A model generated the notes under the pieces. It did not search any database and was not told the DNA's origin. It saw only the letters and a list, made by a program, of their open reading frames with translations. Below, piece after piece: positions 23,419-36,140 of a stretch of 64,000 nt of DNA. Numbering within the stretch: position 1 is the stretch's first letter; each line of letters starts with the position of its first letter. This DNA is from Mobula hypostoma. Lineage: Eukaryota. A program made the translations under genes and the position numbers. The DNA is taken from the NCBI RefSeq assembly GCF_963921235.1, contig NC_086107.1, positions 112,036,001 to 112,100,000 of the forward strand, written 5' to 3'.

Positions 23419-23700
23419 GCGCGCGCTGCCTTTTATCGCGCGCTGCTTTTCTCGCGCGCTGCCTTTCTCGCGCGCTGCCTTTTATCGCGCGCTGCCTTTT
23501 ATCGCGCGCTGCTTTACTCGAGCGCTGCCGTTTATCGCGCGCTGCTTTTCTCGCGCGCTGCCTTTTATCGCGCGCTGCTTTACTCGCGCGCTGCTTTACT
23601 CGCGCGCTGCCGTTTATCGCGCGCTGTTTTACTCGCGCGCTGCCGTTTATCGCGCGCTGCCGTTTATCGCGCGCCCCTTTTCTCGCGCGCTGCCTTTTCT
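23419..23700. repeat. CpG-rich minisatellite with ~15-17 bp units (TCGCGCGCTGCYKTTTA/C)
   Basis: Directly visible tandem units. Confidence 0.95.
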
Positions 23701-24014
23701 CACAGAGGCCTTCAGTTTAATGCCCTGTTCCTCAACTGCCCTCTGCCTACCCAACACCCCTCTTTCACACCATTCCCCTCCCATTGATAGTACTCTTCTG
23801 CTCACTCAATTCACCCCACCACCGCTCTGTTCCTCTCACCACCCACTCCCCGACAGTCCCATCACTCTCCTTGGTACACCCTCACTCGATGACCATTCCA
23901 CTAAATACCCCCCTCTTCAATGCCACCTTCTCCGTGACCATGCCACTCAATTCTCCCCACAATATCCCTCCAGAATGCCCCACTTATGAACCCCACTTCA
24001 TCTCAATGTCCCTC

Positions 24015-24592
24015 CCAATAAGGCACTTGAAAAGTTCCATCAACGCTGTCTTCGAAACATCTTAAATATCAGCTGGGAAGATAGAAGAACCAACATCAGT
24101 GTGCTAAATGAAGCAAAAACAACAAGCATTGAAGCCTACGTCATCAAGAACCAACTAAGATGGAGCGGTCATGTTGTTCAGATGAAAGACGTACGTCTGC
24201 CGAAACAAATCTTCTACTCCCAGCTTAAAGAAGGCAAACGTAAAAGAGGTGGACAACAGAAGAGACTCAAAGACGTCTTAAAAGCCAACATGAAGAAATG
24301 TAACATCGACATCAACAATTGGGAAACCAATGCCAAGGACAGGAAGCTCTGGCAAGCCATCATCCGAGAAGGAACAGCAACTTTCGAAGCCAACAGATGT
24401 GCAGAATTAGAAGAAAAGAGAAGAAAATGGAAAGAGAGGCAGCAGCCACCAAAGCCATCTGGAACTACCTGTCCTGAATGCGGAAGAACTTCCAAAGCCA
24501 AGATTGGACTCATAAGCCACTTGAGAGTCCATAAGTAGATCAACAGAATGAAGACCATCATCCTCGACCTCGAGGGATAGACATGACGACGA
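24015..24592 (+). mobile_element. RTE-clade LINE 3' fragment with a C-terminal zinc finger
   Basis: QLRWSGHVVQM...RLPKQIFYSQL...CPECGR...GLISHLRVH. Confidence 0.8.
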
Positions 24593-24694
24593 ATATCTTT
24601 CCTCATCAGTTCATTCCCAATGTTCCTCTATTTGACAATGGACCTCCTCATTGTTGCCCTTCCTAGCCCCCAGAAACTCCCTTCCCTCAATATG

Positions 24695-25180
24695 TCTATG
24701 AAGGTTCTCAGTCATCCAGGTTATTGTATATCAAGGCAGCTGGACTTGCTGTGTTGTCTAGGAGACGTTTCACCACCCATCCGGGAGGCTTCTTCCGTTC
24801 TGATCCATGGTGGTTAGTTTTCTGGCTTATAAACTCTGTGAGTTGTTTAAAGGTACAGCAATCACATGAGGGTCGTTAAGAGTCATAGAGGCAATGAGAG
24901 TTTTATCTTTGCATGAATAGAGGTGTGAACTGTTGTGGAGATGCAGGGGTAGAGATGTTAGGACTGCATTGTAAGTAGTTGATAGGTGGTGTCGCACCCC
25001 CTCTGTTCAGGGAGGGGTTGGAAAAGTTTGACCAAGATGGTTTCTTTTACCCCTCGTTCAAACCACCTGTCCTCCCCGTCCAAAATGTGCACATTGTTAT
25101 CAAGCGAGTGTCCCTTGTCCTTTAGGAGGAGATGTACAGCTGAGTCTTGACCTGACGCGTTAGCCCTCCTATATTGGCGG
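24695..25180 (-). mobile_element. Penelope/Poseidon-type element 3' fragment
   Basis: RRANASGQDSAVHL.LKDKGHS...VHILD.EDRWFERGVKE and a hammerhead-like motif at 24763-24800. Confidence 0.75.
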
Positions 25181-25510
25181 GCTTCCCTCAATTTTCTCTT
25201 TCACGCAATGCCTATCTTGTTGCCTCAACATTTACTGCCCCCTTTCTTCCAAAAGCATCTTCCTCACTCCATGCCCCAATGAATTTGTTGAGTCACTGCA
25301 GTTCTTCCATGTGACACTGTCTCTGTCAGGACCAGCACCTCACCCTTCACACTACAGATCTTTCGGTTGAAATCTGACAAATCCTGTCAAGTATGGAATG
25401 GTCCTTGCTGGGTCAGGTTATAACTTAATAATGAATTACTTCTCCCTTAGATTAGGGTTTAACCCCTAGGGTCCCAAATGACTGGCCAAGATGGCAACGC
25501 TGAACACAGC

Positions 25511-25542
25511 CTGCCATCTAGTGTCAGAATGCTGGTATTGCA
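25511..25542 (-). promoter_or_regulatory. CTCF-binding-site-like motif with upstream module; YY1-like motif nearby (25487-25495)
   Basis: Minus strand reads TGCAATACC-agcatt-CTGACACTAGATGGCAG, matching the CTCF core plus the upstream TGCAGTACC-type motif. Confidence 0.55.
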
Positions 25543-26934
25543 TATAGACTGCTCAATCATACATCCCCACATCAAGATTAAAGATTGTTTAATTTAATTT
25601 CCAGTAAACAAGTGTAAAGGAGAATGAAATAATTATTATTATGGATCTGATACAGTACAAAAAGCAGAATAAGTTAACACAATAAACATAAACACACAAT
25701 ATAGCTTATATACATAGACTGATTGTACATCCATAAAGTGATACAAGGGACAGGAGTGTCTGTACACAAGGTCACTCTAACAGGAAATGATTAAGTAGTG
25801 GTAATGGGGGGTGTGGAGGGGTTGGTGGAGGTGTTGCTCAGCCTTATTGCTTGGGGAAGCAACTGTTTTTGAGTCTGGTGGTCCTGGCGTGGATGCTACG
25901 TAGCTTCCTCCCTGATGGGAGTGGGACAAACAGTCCATGAGCAGGGTGGGTGGGATCCTTCATGATGTTACTGGCCCTTTTTCTGGCACCTTTCTGTATA
26001 TATGTCCTTGATGGCAGGTAGGTGAAGCATTGGCCAGTTTTGACTACCCGTTTAGTCTTCCTGTCTGCCGCAGTGCGGTTTCCATATCAGGCAGTGACTC
26101 AGCAAACCTTAAGGTTCAAATGTTTACCCCTGATCAGAAACTATTAATTATTTTAATTGAAGGCTAAACATCATCTGGGGCTAACAGTGCCACATTCCCT
26201 CAGTACACAAGTGAATTAATCAGCTTAAATTTGCCATGTTTGAGAGTCAAGAGCAAGCTCACAATTTTCTGCGTCAAAGAAATCTGGGACCAGAGGACAC
26301 AGCCTCAGAAAACAAGAACATCTCTTTAGAACAGAGATGAGGAGGAATTTCTTTAGCCAGAGAGCAGTGAATCTGTGGAATTCATTGTCATGGACAGTTG
26401 TTGAGTATACTAAAGTGGAGGCTGATTAGTAAGGGTGTCTAAGGTTACAGGGAGAAGGCAGGAGAATGGGGTTGAGAGGGATAATAAAACAGCCATGATG
26501 GAATGGTAGACCAGACTTGATGGGCCAAATGGCCTAATTCTGCTCCTATGTCTTATGTTCCTAGCCCTGAGCTACAGGTGACAATCCCATGAATTGTGGC
26601 TGAATTCTATTTTGAGGACCTTGTCTGACTTTGCCCTGCATTCAGACATTTTTTAGACACAAGACATCCCAAGAACATTCTCTCCTGCTAACACTGGTAA
26701 AGGTCCCATGGGAAGAGGAGGAGGCTGGACGGGGAGGGTTAACTACAAATGGTTACAGTTTTCAAGTATTTGCTGGAGAGGGATTGGAGCAAAGATAGCT
26801 GGGGGGGGGAAGGGATGGCAAATGACTGTGGACATATGTGAGTGTTAATACATGTATTCTGTGTCTGTGAGCATCTGTACATTAGTATATATGTGTGTAT
26901 ACAGCTATATACCATATGTACCATCTTCTCTGAG

Positions 26935-27300
26935 CACCGTCACCTTGTCATGAGGAGGCTTGTGAGTTCCCAAGAGTTAGCAAACTGGCTGTTGTCTCCT
27001 GGTAGAGTTACTCATGGTGGTAAGGTCAAGGGAGAGGTTCAAGACAAAGACCAATCCAACCGAGAACTCAATGGTGGAGCTGGCAGAAGATCACAATGGC
27101 TGTGAAGAGTCTTTAGTCACCTTGTGTTCCATGCCTCTGGACCCTGCCCCTGATCCTGATCCACCTAGAACCGTGTGATGGCTGCCTGTGCATCAGACTC
27201 CAGGTGTTAAACAAAGTCAGACACAGATGTTCTCTGTTAAGGGAATCTACCCTAACATCCTGGATTAAGTCCCATGGCAATCAGCAAGTGGCAAAGTGGG
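26935..27300 (+). mobile_element. RTE-like 5'UTR-derived repeat; related copy at ~55350-55735
   Basis: The two copies share ctcctggtag(a/g)gt..catg.tgg.aag.tcaaggg...ccaacc and downstream blocks. Confidence 0.4.
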
Positions 27301-28038
27301 GCAGGAAGTCTGGAAGCGCCTCAGAATATGTGGGTCTCAGGTCGACCTCTATACGTGTCTGAAGACCCACCAATAGACAACCTTTCAGGAGAACATCATA
27401 CTTGTTGAGGATTGCATGACTACTACTGTATAAAATGTAAAGTGGGCGAATAATTTCCCTCTTCTCACACCTGCATTACTTTCACAGCTTCTGCTCACAC
27501 TCCAAACTTCAGAGTCATACCAAGACCCACTCAAACACGAGTTTCCTCCAGAGAGATGAGTACAGAGTTCATGTTGAGATAGAATGGTACTGCAATACTC
27601 CTTTACATTCCACCTCTCTCTTTTCACAATGCCAGGGTCTGTGGCTTTAAGGGAATTAAATCCCTTCTGATGGAGCCCAGTTTGGCAGCTCCAGAGAAAT
27701 TACTGCAGGTCAGGGTGGAAAGGAGAAGAAACATATACAAGTTGTGTTTGCTGGTTTTAGCCTGATCTTCTGCTATCTGATCTCTCCTCCTGGCTGTACT
27801 CTGGAATCCACTCCTTGAATTTTTGTTGTAATATGCGATTCATCCCATTACCTGATCACAATGTGTCCCATTAGCATGACAAAGTCTGCAGGTGTCCATG
27901 ATCCCATTGAGCTGTGAATCAGTCCAAATAATTGAGATAGAGCTATGTAGCACATGTATATTACTGCTTGGAGCATAGAGAATGAGAGGAGATTTGATAA
28001 AGGTATACAAAATTATGAGCGGTGTACATAGGGTAAAT

Positions 28039-29707
28039 CTCCCAGATATAATAGTGGCCAAAGGACCTAGGGTAATGGATGAACTGAAGAAAATTTATAT
28101 TAGGCAGGAAATGGTGGATAGACTGTTGGGTCTGAAGGCTGATAAGTCCCCGGGACCTGATGGTCTGCATCCCAGGGTACTTAAGGAGGTGGCTTTAGAA
28201 GTCGTGGACGCATTGGTAATCATTTTCCAATGTTCTATAGATTCAGGATCAGTTCCTGTGGATTGGAAGGTGGCTAATATTGTCCCTCTCTTCAAGAAGG
28301 GAGGAAGAGAGAAAACAGGGAATTATAGATCGGTTAGCCTGACGTCAGTGGTGGGAAAGATGCTGGAGTCAATTATAAAAGATGAAATTACAACACATCT
28401 AGATAGCAGTAACAGCATCGGTCCGAGTCAGCATGGATTTACGAAGGGGAAATCGTGCTTCACTAATCTTCTGGAATTTTTTGAGGATGTAACTATGAAA
28501 ATGGACAAGGGAGAGCCAGTAGATGTAGTGTACCTGGACTTTCAGAAAGCCTTTGATAAAATCCCACATAGGAGATTAGTGGGCAAAATTAGGGCACATG
28601 GTATTGGGGGCAGAGTACTGACATGGATTGAAAATTGGCTGGCTGACAGAAAACAAATAGCGATTAATGGGTCCCTTTTGGAATGGCGGGCGGTGACCAG
28701 TGGAGTACCGTAGGGTTCAGTGCTGGGACCGCAGCTGTTTACAATATATATATTAATGATTTAGATGAGGGAATTAAAAGTAGCATTAGCAAATCTGCCA
28801 ATGACACAAAGCTGGGTGGCAGTGTGAAATGTGAGGAGGATGTTATGAGTATGCAGGGTGACTTGGACAGGCTGGGTGAGTGGGCAGATGCAGTTTAATG
28901 TGGATAAATGTGAGGTTATCCACTTTGGTGGTAAGAACAGAAAGGCAGATTATTATCTAAATGGAGTCAAGTTAGGAAAAGGGGAAGCACAACGAGATCT
29001 AGGTGTTCTTGTACATCAGTCACTGAAAGCAAGCATACAAGTACAGCAGGCTGTGAAGAAAGCTAATGGCATGCTGGCCTTCATAACAAGGGGAATTGAG
29101 TATAAGAGCAAAGAGGTCCTTCTGCAGCTGTACAGGGCCCTGGTGAGACCACACCTGGAGTACTGTGTGCAGTTTTGGTCTCCAAATTTGAGGAAGGACA
29201 TTCTTGCTATTAAGGGAGTGCAGTGTAGGTTCACAAGGTTAATTCCCGGGATGGCGAGACTGTCATATGTCGAAAGATTGGAGCAACTGGGCTTGTATAC
29301 TATGGAATTTAGAAGGCTGAGAGGGGATCTTACTGAAACATATAAGATTATTAAGGGATTGGACACGCTGGAGGCAGGAAGCATGTTCCCGCTGATGGGT
29401 GAGTCCAGAACCAGAGGCCACAGTTTAAGAATAAGGGGTAGGCCATTTAGAATGGAGTTGAGGAAAAACTTTTTCACCCAGAGAGTGGTGGATATATGGA
29501 ATGCTTTGCCCCAGAAGGCTGTGGAGGCCAAGTCTCTGGATGCTTTCAAGAAAGAGATGGATAGAGCTCTTAAAGATAGCGGAATCAAAGGTTATGGAGA
29601 TAAGGCAGGAACTGGATACTGATTGTGGATGATCAGCCATGATCACAGTGAATGGCGGTGCTGGCTCGAAGGGCCGAATCGCCTACTCCTGCACCTATTG
29701 TCTATTG
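28039..29707 (+). mobile_element. CR1 LINE, 5'-truncated ORF2 (RT), nested in an older CR1
   Basis: KSPGPDGLHP, NYRSVSLTSVVGK, QHGF, YLDFQKAFD and RPHLEYCVQFW, with a (CTATTGT)n tail. The host CR1 resumes at 29708. Confidence 0.92.
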
Positions 29708-31314
29708 TAAAGGCAAGCTGGCTTTTTCCACTTAGGTCATGTGAGACTAAAATTAGAGATCATGGGTTAAGGCTGAGAGGGGAATTATTTAAGGGAAACC
29801 TGAGGGGCATCTTCTTTGGGGGGGGGTGGTCTTGAAAAAAAAGGATAACTCCACTCATCTATTGAGATGTTTACACAAATAATGATCTCACTTTAAGGAC
29901 TCTTTATCTCATGTTCTCATTAGTTATTGCTATTTACTTATAGTTGTATTTGCACAGTTTGTTGTCTTCAATATTCTTGTTCTTTCATTGATCCTGTTTA
30001 CAGTTACTGTTCTATAGATTTGCTGAGTATGCCCACAGGAAAAAGAATCTTAGGGTTGCTTGTGGTGACATGTATGTACTCTGATAATAAATTTTGCTTT
30101 GAACTTTGAACTTCAGCCAGAGGGAGGGGAGGGTGGGTAATGGCTGACAGGTGAAATCTGGATGTAGTGTTCAACTGTAACACAAGAGAAGTTTGGATAG
30201 GGACACGGATGGGAAGGGGTATGGAGGGCAATGGTCCTGGTGCAGGTTGATGGGAGTAGGCAGAATAACAGATCAGCATGGACTAGATGGATCAAAGGGC
30301 CTGTTCCTGTGCTGTGGTACACTACATTGAAACCATGACATCAATGGAAACTTGTTAAATGCGGGTAGGGTCAGAAAAACAATCCCTCCCCGCCAAGTCT
30401 GCCATGACACAAGAAGAACAGAACCGAAAGGAAGTTATTTGGTTCCTCACACCTGCCCCACCATTTGCTTTGTTTTATTTTTGTTGTTGTTCCTCTCCGC
30501 ACGTTGTGGCGCATCGGGCAGCAACCTTGCCGTTCCTTTGGCACTTTTAATCTGTTTTTTCACGAGGCCAAATTGCTAGCTCAACACTCAGCTCAGCACA
30601 GATTTTGGAGCCGGGACCACTCGCCTCAAAGTCCGGTGCCGATCCCACTACCCCACCGGCCATCATGCTCCACCATTTAACACCATTATAATTGATCTTT
30701 TACCTCAGTGGCATTTACTGCTATCAACCCTATATCCTTTTGATTCTCTTAATATCCAGAGATCTATTACTCTGCTGGTCATCTATTTTTAATATTTAAT
30801 ATTTGTAACCCAGGGAGCGGGAAGCACAGAATCAAATATCACTGTGATGATTGTATGTTCTAGTATCAATTGTTTGGTGACAATAAAGTATAAAGTATCT
30901 AGCCCCTCAAATACACCATGTAATAAAAAAAGGCTGTTCAGCCCCTTAAGCTGCTCCTATAGAAACAGGTCATTCCGTCCCTCTAGCTTTACCCATTGCT
31001 CTTGTATATTTCTTAAGATCTTTTCTCTTTAATCAGCCTCAGCCTTTTAGGGAAAGCGAGCTCTAGGTTCTGACTGGGAATGGGAAAAAGAAAACCCTTC
31101 CTAGTTTTGCTCCTGACCACTGGGGCTGAGAGCCCTCACCACCCTGCGGATGACATGTAACTCAGCCTGATCTTGCGACGGGTCCGACTCTATGAGAACA
31201 AAATACCGCAGCACCGCTCCCATCTGAGCACTGCGGAGTTCTTCCCCCGCCTCCCTCGGCACACGTTGCCGCAGCAACGGCCGCTCAAGTGAACCAGAAA
31301 CCAACAGCCTACGG

Positions 31315-32510
31315 CTGACAGACAGATTTACTTTTATTAACGTTATGCAGACAGACAATAAATATGTCAAACAGAGAGGAAGCGCTAAAAAAAAATCAAA
31401 CGGGGGGGTTGGGAAAGAACCACCCAGCAGCCGGTTCCATCAGGAGGCTCAGTCCGCAGGGACCCTCACAAAGCCGCGAGATTTTCTGATTATGAATGCG
31501 AAGGGGCAGCTGGAGCTGGAGGCCTGGAAAAGCCCAGTAGGAGCAGGAATGCAGTCAATACTGGCATGCTCTTGAGGCGATCTGACTCAGCAAGGCACTG
31601 ACATCACCGACTCACTGAGCCGTCGCTGGGGAGACTGCTCAGTGGGCACACATCTAGAGCTCTCTCGCTGCAGACGCTTATTGATGCGGGCCACGCTCGT
31701 GTCTGGGCGGCAGGTGACCCCGTGTCAAGGGCTGGCAGCTACTTGGAAGATCAAAAGGTTTGCTCTGCACAGGCTATCCCGGGCTTTGTGACTGAGTCCT
31801 CCATGAGATTATGTCCCCAAGTTACCAGGGGCCCTCAAGAGCTTCCAGGTATGCCGATCCTTAGTCCCCTACATTCTGGAATATTCCTGGAGTTTTTACC
31901 ACATTGTCTTGTCTCCAAGAGCCCACCCAGTACGTCCATCTTTGCAATGTCCCGCCTCTGCTGGGCCAACTGGAATGCCAAAGCGAAAATGACAGGTTGA
32001 CTCTTAACTGTCCTTCAATCATCCCACTTACAATATTTCTACAACAAAAGAGTTCAAAAAAAACAAAATAATTTTTTTCCTGTCCATTTTTATTGCTGTT
32101 TCCTGGATTTAATTCCAGGAAATCCCATGGTATCTCTGGACTGATGTTGGTGGCAGCTTCTGAGTTTGATTTCCCCAATCCTGCTGTTCCAATGGACACG
32201 AGGGCATTTCAAATCTGACTTTCACCTGTCCAATAAAAGGAATTGGGGCAACTCGCTTTCTTCCCTCTGGTGATCTGAACAGGGACTGCCAGCGGGGATC
32301 GATTACTATTCCCAATTCATTCCATTCTGGTCAGAGGCCCCAGTTCGCTGCCAAACTGGATGCTGGGCTGGAAGTCAGGTTGAGGGAGGTGGGGGTCCGA
32401 GCTGCGAAAATTCTGAGAGTCTGGGACCCTGCAGCTTTGAAATATGGAGCCAAAACTTCATGATTGGTCCCGACACTGACGTTGCTTTGAAGATCAGTTT
32501 AGCTTGCAGT
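31315..32510 (-). other. Putative non-coding last exon (3'UTR) of the PHLDA gene
   Basis: Donor GTGAGT at 38812-38807, 1 nt after the stop. Polypyrimidine acceptor aactctttctcctccag ends at 32511, followed by ~1.2 kb of repeat-free sequence. Minus-strand AATAAA at 32094-32089 and 31338-31333, the latter followed by GU-rich sequence. Confidence 0.6.
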
Positions 32511-32618
32511 CTGGAGGAGAAAGAGTTGGTGGACAGATAATAGTTAATTTCTATGCAATGACAGTGATGATGATTCATTCAGTCATAGACACACACAGCA
32601 CAGAAACAGGCTCTTCGG

Positions 32619-33102
32619 GGACTGGAGTCAGTGTACTAGGGATATACAGAATGTGAGGGGTGGCAGCCTCTTTTTGAATATCCGAAGGGGCTGCTCCTCA
32701 GCTTTGGATTACATTTCAGCCTCGCGCTCCTTATATACGGGGACCCAAAACGAAAGAGGCGGGTCACGCAGAGGATTTACTGCCAGGCTTGCTCCTGGGT
32801 CCGGCCAAGGTGGCCATTCATGGGTCCAGGTGGCGGGACATTGATGGTTCCGCCAGTGCCGACTGCCTGCCCCTTTTCTGAGGACACATTCCCGGCCATC
32901 CTCGGAGAGGGAGCATGCGGTCATGATGGGTTTTTCCTGGGGGATTTCCAGGAGCGGTGGGGCCACCCCCCAGTGAATTGAGTGGTTTATAGGCAGTAAT
33001 AATCATATTTTAATTTGAATTTATTCACAGTCATGTAAATATTTGATGTTTGTATTTTGTGCATTTTTTGTGCAAATAAACTTCCGTAGTTTTGTTAAAA
33101 AA
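32619..33102 (+). mobile_element. Tx1/L1-clade LINE 3' fragment inside a CR1 3' end (PHLDA intron)
   Basis: Degenerate QPLFEY..GLLLSFGLHFS..LLIYG...EDLL.GLLLG.AKVAIH, AATAAA at 33075 plus an A-tail, and a degenerate 15-bp TSD (32604-32618 / 33103-33117). Confidence 0.65.
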
Positions 33103-35320
33103 AAGCAGAGTCTTTGGACCATCTGGTGCATACCAGCCAAGATGGACATCCAAGCTAAAACTATTTACCCCAGTTCCTTCTAAATCTTTCCTATCCACGT
33201 ATCTGTCCAACTATCCTTTAACAGTTATTGTACCTGCCTCAACCACTTCCCAGAGTCATTGAGAAGAAAAGCCCTGCAGCCCATCTAGTCCAAGCTAAAC
33301 TACTTAAATTGCCTACGCCCATCGATCTGCAGTGGAATCATAGCCCTCCATACCCCTACAATCCATTTACCTATCCTCTCTTAAACAATGAAATTGTTCG
33401 CATGCACTTCTTACACTGGCAGCTTGTTCCACACTCTCATGACCCTCTGAGTGAAGTTTCTCCTCATGTTCCCCCCAAACTTCTCACCTTTCACCTTTAA
33501 CCCATGACTTCTAGATGCAGTCCCAACCAACCTCAGTGGAAAAAGCCTGCTTGCATTTACCCTCACAATTTTGTATACCTCTATCAAATCTTCTACATTC
33601 CAAGAATAAAGTCCTGACCAACTCCATCTTTCCTTATTAATTCAGGTCCTCCAGACCTGGCAACATCCCTGTAAATTTTCTCCGCACTCTTTCAACCTTA
33701 TTTACATCTTTCCTGTAGGTTGGCGAGCAAAACTGCACACAATACTCCAAATTAGGCCTCACCAATGACTTTTACAACTTCAACATAACATCCCATCTTC
33801 TGTATTCAATGCTTTGATTTATAAAGACCAATGTGCCAAAAGCTTTCTTTACGACCCTAGCTACCCGTGGCAACTTTCAATGAATTTCCTGTCATTCTCC
33901 TGCATACAAATGTAATTGCAAAGAAAGCATGATGCCCTCTCTACTTCCTTGGGAGTCTGCGGAGATTTAACACGTCGTCAAAAACCTTGACAAACTTCTA
34001 TAGTTGTGTGGTGGAAAGCGTATTGAGTGGCTGCATTACGGCTTGGCATGGAAACACCAATATCTTTGAGCAAAAAGTACTACAAAAGGTAGTGGATTCG
34101 GCCTAGTACGTCATGGGAAAAGCCCTCCCAACCATTGTGTACCTCTGCATGAAACTCTGTCATAGGAAAGAAGCATCCATCGTCAAAGATGCTCACCACC
34201 CAGGCCATGCTCCTTCTCACTGCTGCCATCGATAGAAGGTACAAGAGCCTCAGGACTCATACCACCAGGTACTACCCCTTAACCATCAGGCTCTTGAACA
34301 AAAGAGGATAACTACTCTCATCTATTGAGATGTTCCCACAACCAATGATATCACTTTAAGGGCTCTTTATCTTGTTATTTATTGCTATTTAATCTATTTA
34401 TCATCTTTATTGCTATTTAACTCTGCATTTGCAGTGTTGGTGTCTTCTATACTCTTGCTCTTTCATTGATCCTGTTTACAGTTACTATTCACTGAGTTTG
34501 CCCGCAGGGAAAACTAACCTCAGGGTTGTATGAGGTCACAAGTAGGTACTCTGGAAATACATTTTACTTTGAACTTTGAACCAGGGAGTAAACCCTAACC
34601 TACTGAACCTTTCCCTGTAGCTCAGGTCCTCTAGCAGCTCATTCGGCATCCATACTCTGTATGAGGAGGTTGCTGCTCAAGTTGCTATTAAACTTTTCCT
34701 CTCTCACTTTAACCTATACTCTCTTGTTTTTCATTCGCTGACCCTGGGAGAAAGACTTGAGTGCATTCATCATCTCTGGGTGTGCCCCTTATGAATTTGT
34801 ACATCCCTATCAGTCTCAAAAACAACCTTGAAGATCTTGAGCAACACACACAGAATGCTGGAGGAACTCAGCAGGTCAGGCAGCATCTACGGAGGGCAAT
34901 AAACAGTCAACTTTTCAGGCTGAGGACTGGCCAGGAATGGGGGAAGACACCAGAATAAAAAGGTGAGTGGAGGGGGAAGGAGGACTAGCTAGAAGGTGGC
35001 AGATGAAGACAGATGGATGGGAATGGTAAAGGGCTGGAGAAGGAGGAGCCTGATAGGAGAGGAGAGTGGACCATGGGACAATGGGAAGAGGGCGAGGCAC
35101 CAGAGGGAGTTGATAGGCAGGTGAGAAGAGGCAAGAGGCCAGAGTGGGGAATAGAAGAAGAGGGGAGGGGGAGGGAAAAAGTTACCGACAGGAGAAATCA
35201 ATGTTTATGCCTATCAGGTTGGAGGCTACTCAGACAGAATATGAGGTGTTACTCATAAGAGTGGCCTCATCATGGCAAAAGGAGGCCATGGACTGACATG
35301 TTGGAATGGGAATGGGGGCT
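33103..35320. mobile_element. Cluster of CR1 (-), Rex1/L2-group (+) and Penelope-like (-) fragments
   Basis: Same diagnostic motifs as other copies in the window. Confidence 0.65.
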
Positions 35321-35324
35321 AATT

Positions 35325-36140
35325 AACCTACCTACCGGTACCTCTTTGGACTATAAGAGGAAACTGGAGAAAACCCACACAGTCACTGGGAGAATGTACA
35401 AACTCCTTACATGCAACGGTAGGAATTGAACCCGGGTCGCTTGTGCTTAAACTACCGTGCCATTTTTGATCAAGTCCCTCTGTCCCTCTCAGGTCCCCTA
35501 CAGCTTGAGTGTACGAAGGAAAGCAATAACCCACTGGGTCTATGCCAGCACCCAGAATAATCCCAGTCTCCAAATACACTCAGTGATAGGCTTCGGAGGA
35601 AGAAGAGTAACTGGAGAAAACCTATGGTGTCATGGAGAATTTGCTAACCCCGCAAAAAACTGGACCGGATATCAGGATTGAACGCAGGTTGTAAGGAGCT
35701 GCAAGGCAGCCTCTCCATCAGCTGTGCCACCATGTCGTTAACAGCTTATCTGTACCGCGAACAAACACAGCCCAGTGACTGCCAATTCATAAAAAAGGTC
35801 CGGGGTGTGAAATCAGACACTAGTCTGACTCTGATCTACGTGACATTAGAAGAGACCGTGCTTTAATGGAGACACCGGGAGGATTAGGAATGGAATTCCA
35901 GAGCTCAGGATATGATGACTGAGAGTCAAGTGATTAAATTCAAGGTCAGCCGAGAAGCCGGAATTAACTGAGTGCATTTTGGATATCAGTGGTATGGGTG
36001 GCATATCGCCACAACCAATCGAGTGGCTGCCTCGCAACCCCAGCGTGTGCGCAGCTTCCATGCTCTCTCCGTGATTGCATGGGTCTCCTCCAAGCACTCT
36101 GGTTTCCTCCCACATGCTAGAGACGTGCAAATTGGTAGTT
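35325..36140. mobile_element. HE1/V-SINE-like fragments; others at ~4766-4868, 12500-12710, 16140-16310, 45090-45210 and 60390-60510
   Basis: Conserved central domain GAGTTTGTA..TTCTCCC.GTGAC.GCGTGGGTTTCCTCC...GGTTTCCTCCCACA. Confidence 0.6.

Larger units (their letters stand above)
21988..23700 (-). mobile_element. Internally deleted Tigger/pogo-like transposon
   Basis: TA plus a CGGGTTTCCCCCGCC terminus. An N-terminal HTH remnant (VTLSVKLGIIKRFDRGER) is fused to the C-terminal DEDDIEEVLASHHQELIDEELMQL. The other terminus was not found. Confidence 0.7.

Noticed and set aside
23359..23787. Arg/Ala/Leu-rich ORFs and a CRISPR-like appearance
   Set aside because: These are translations of a stop-free minisatellite. 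There are no unique spacers and the context is eukaryotic.
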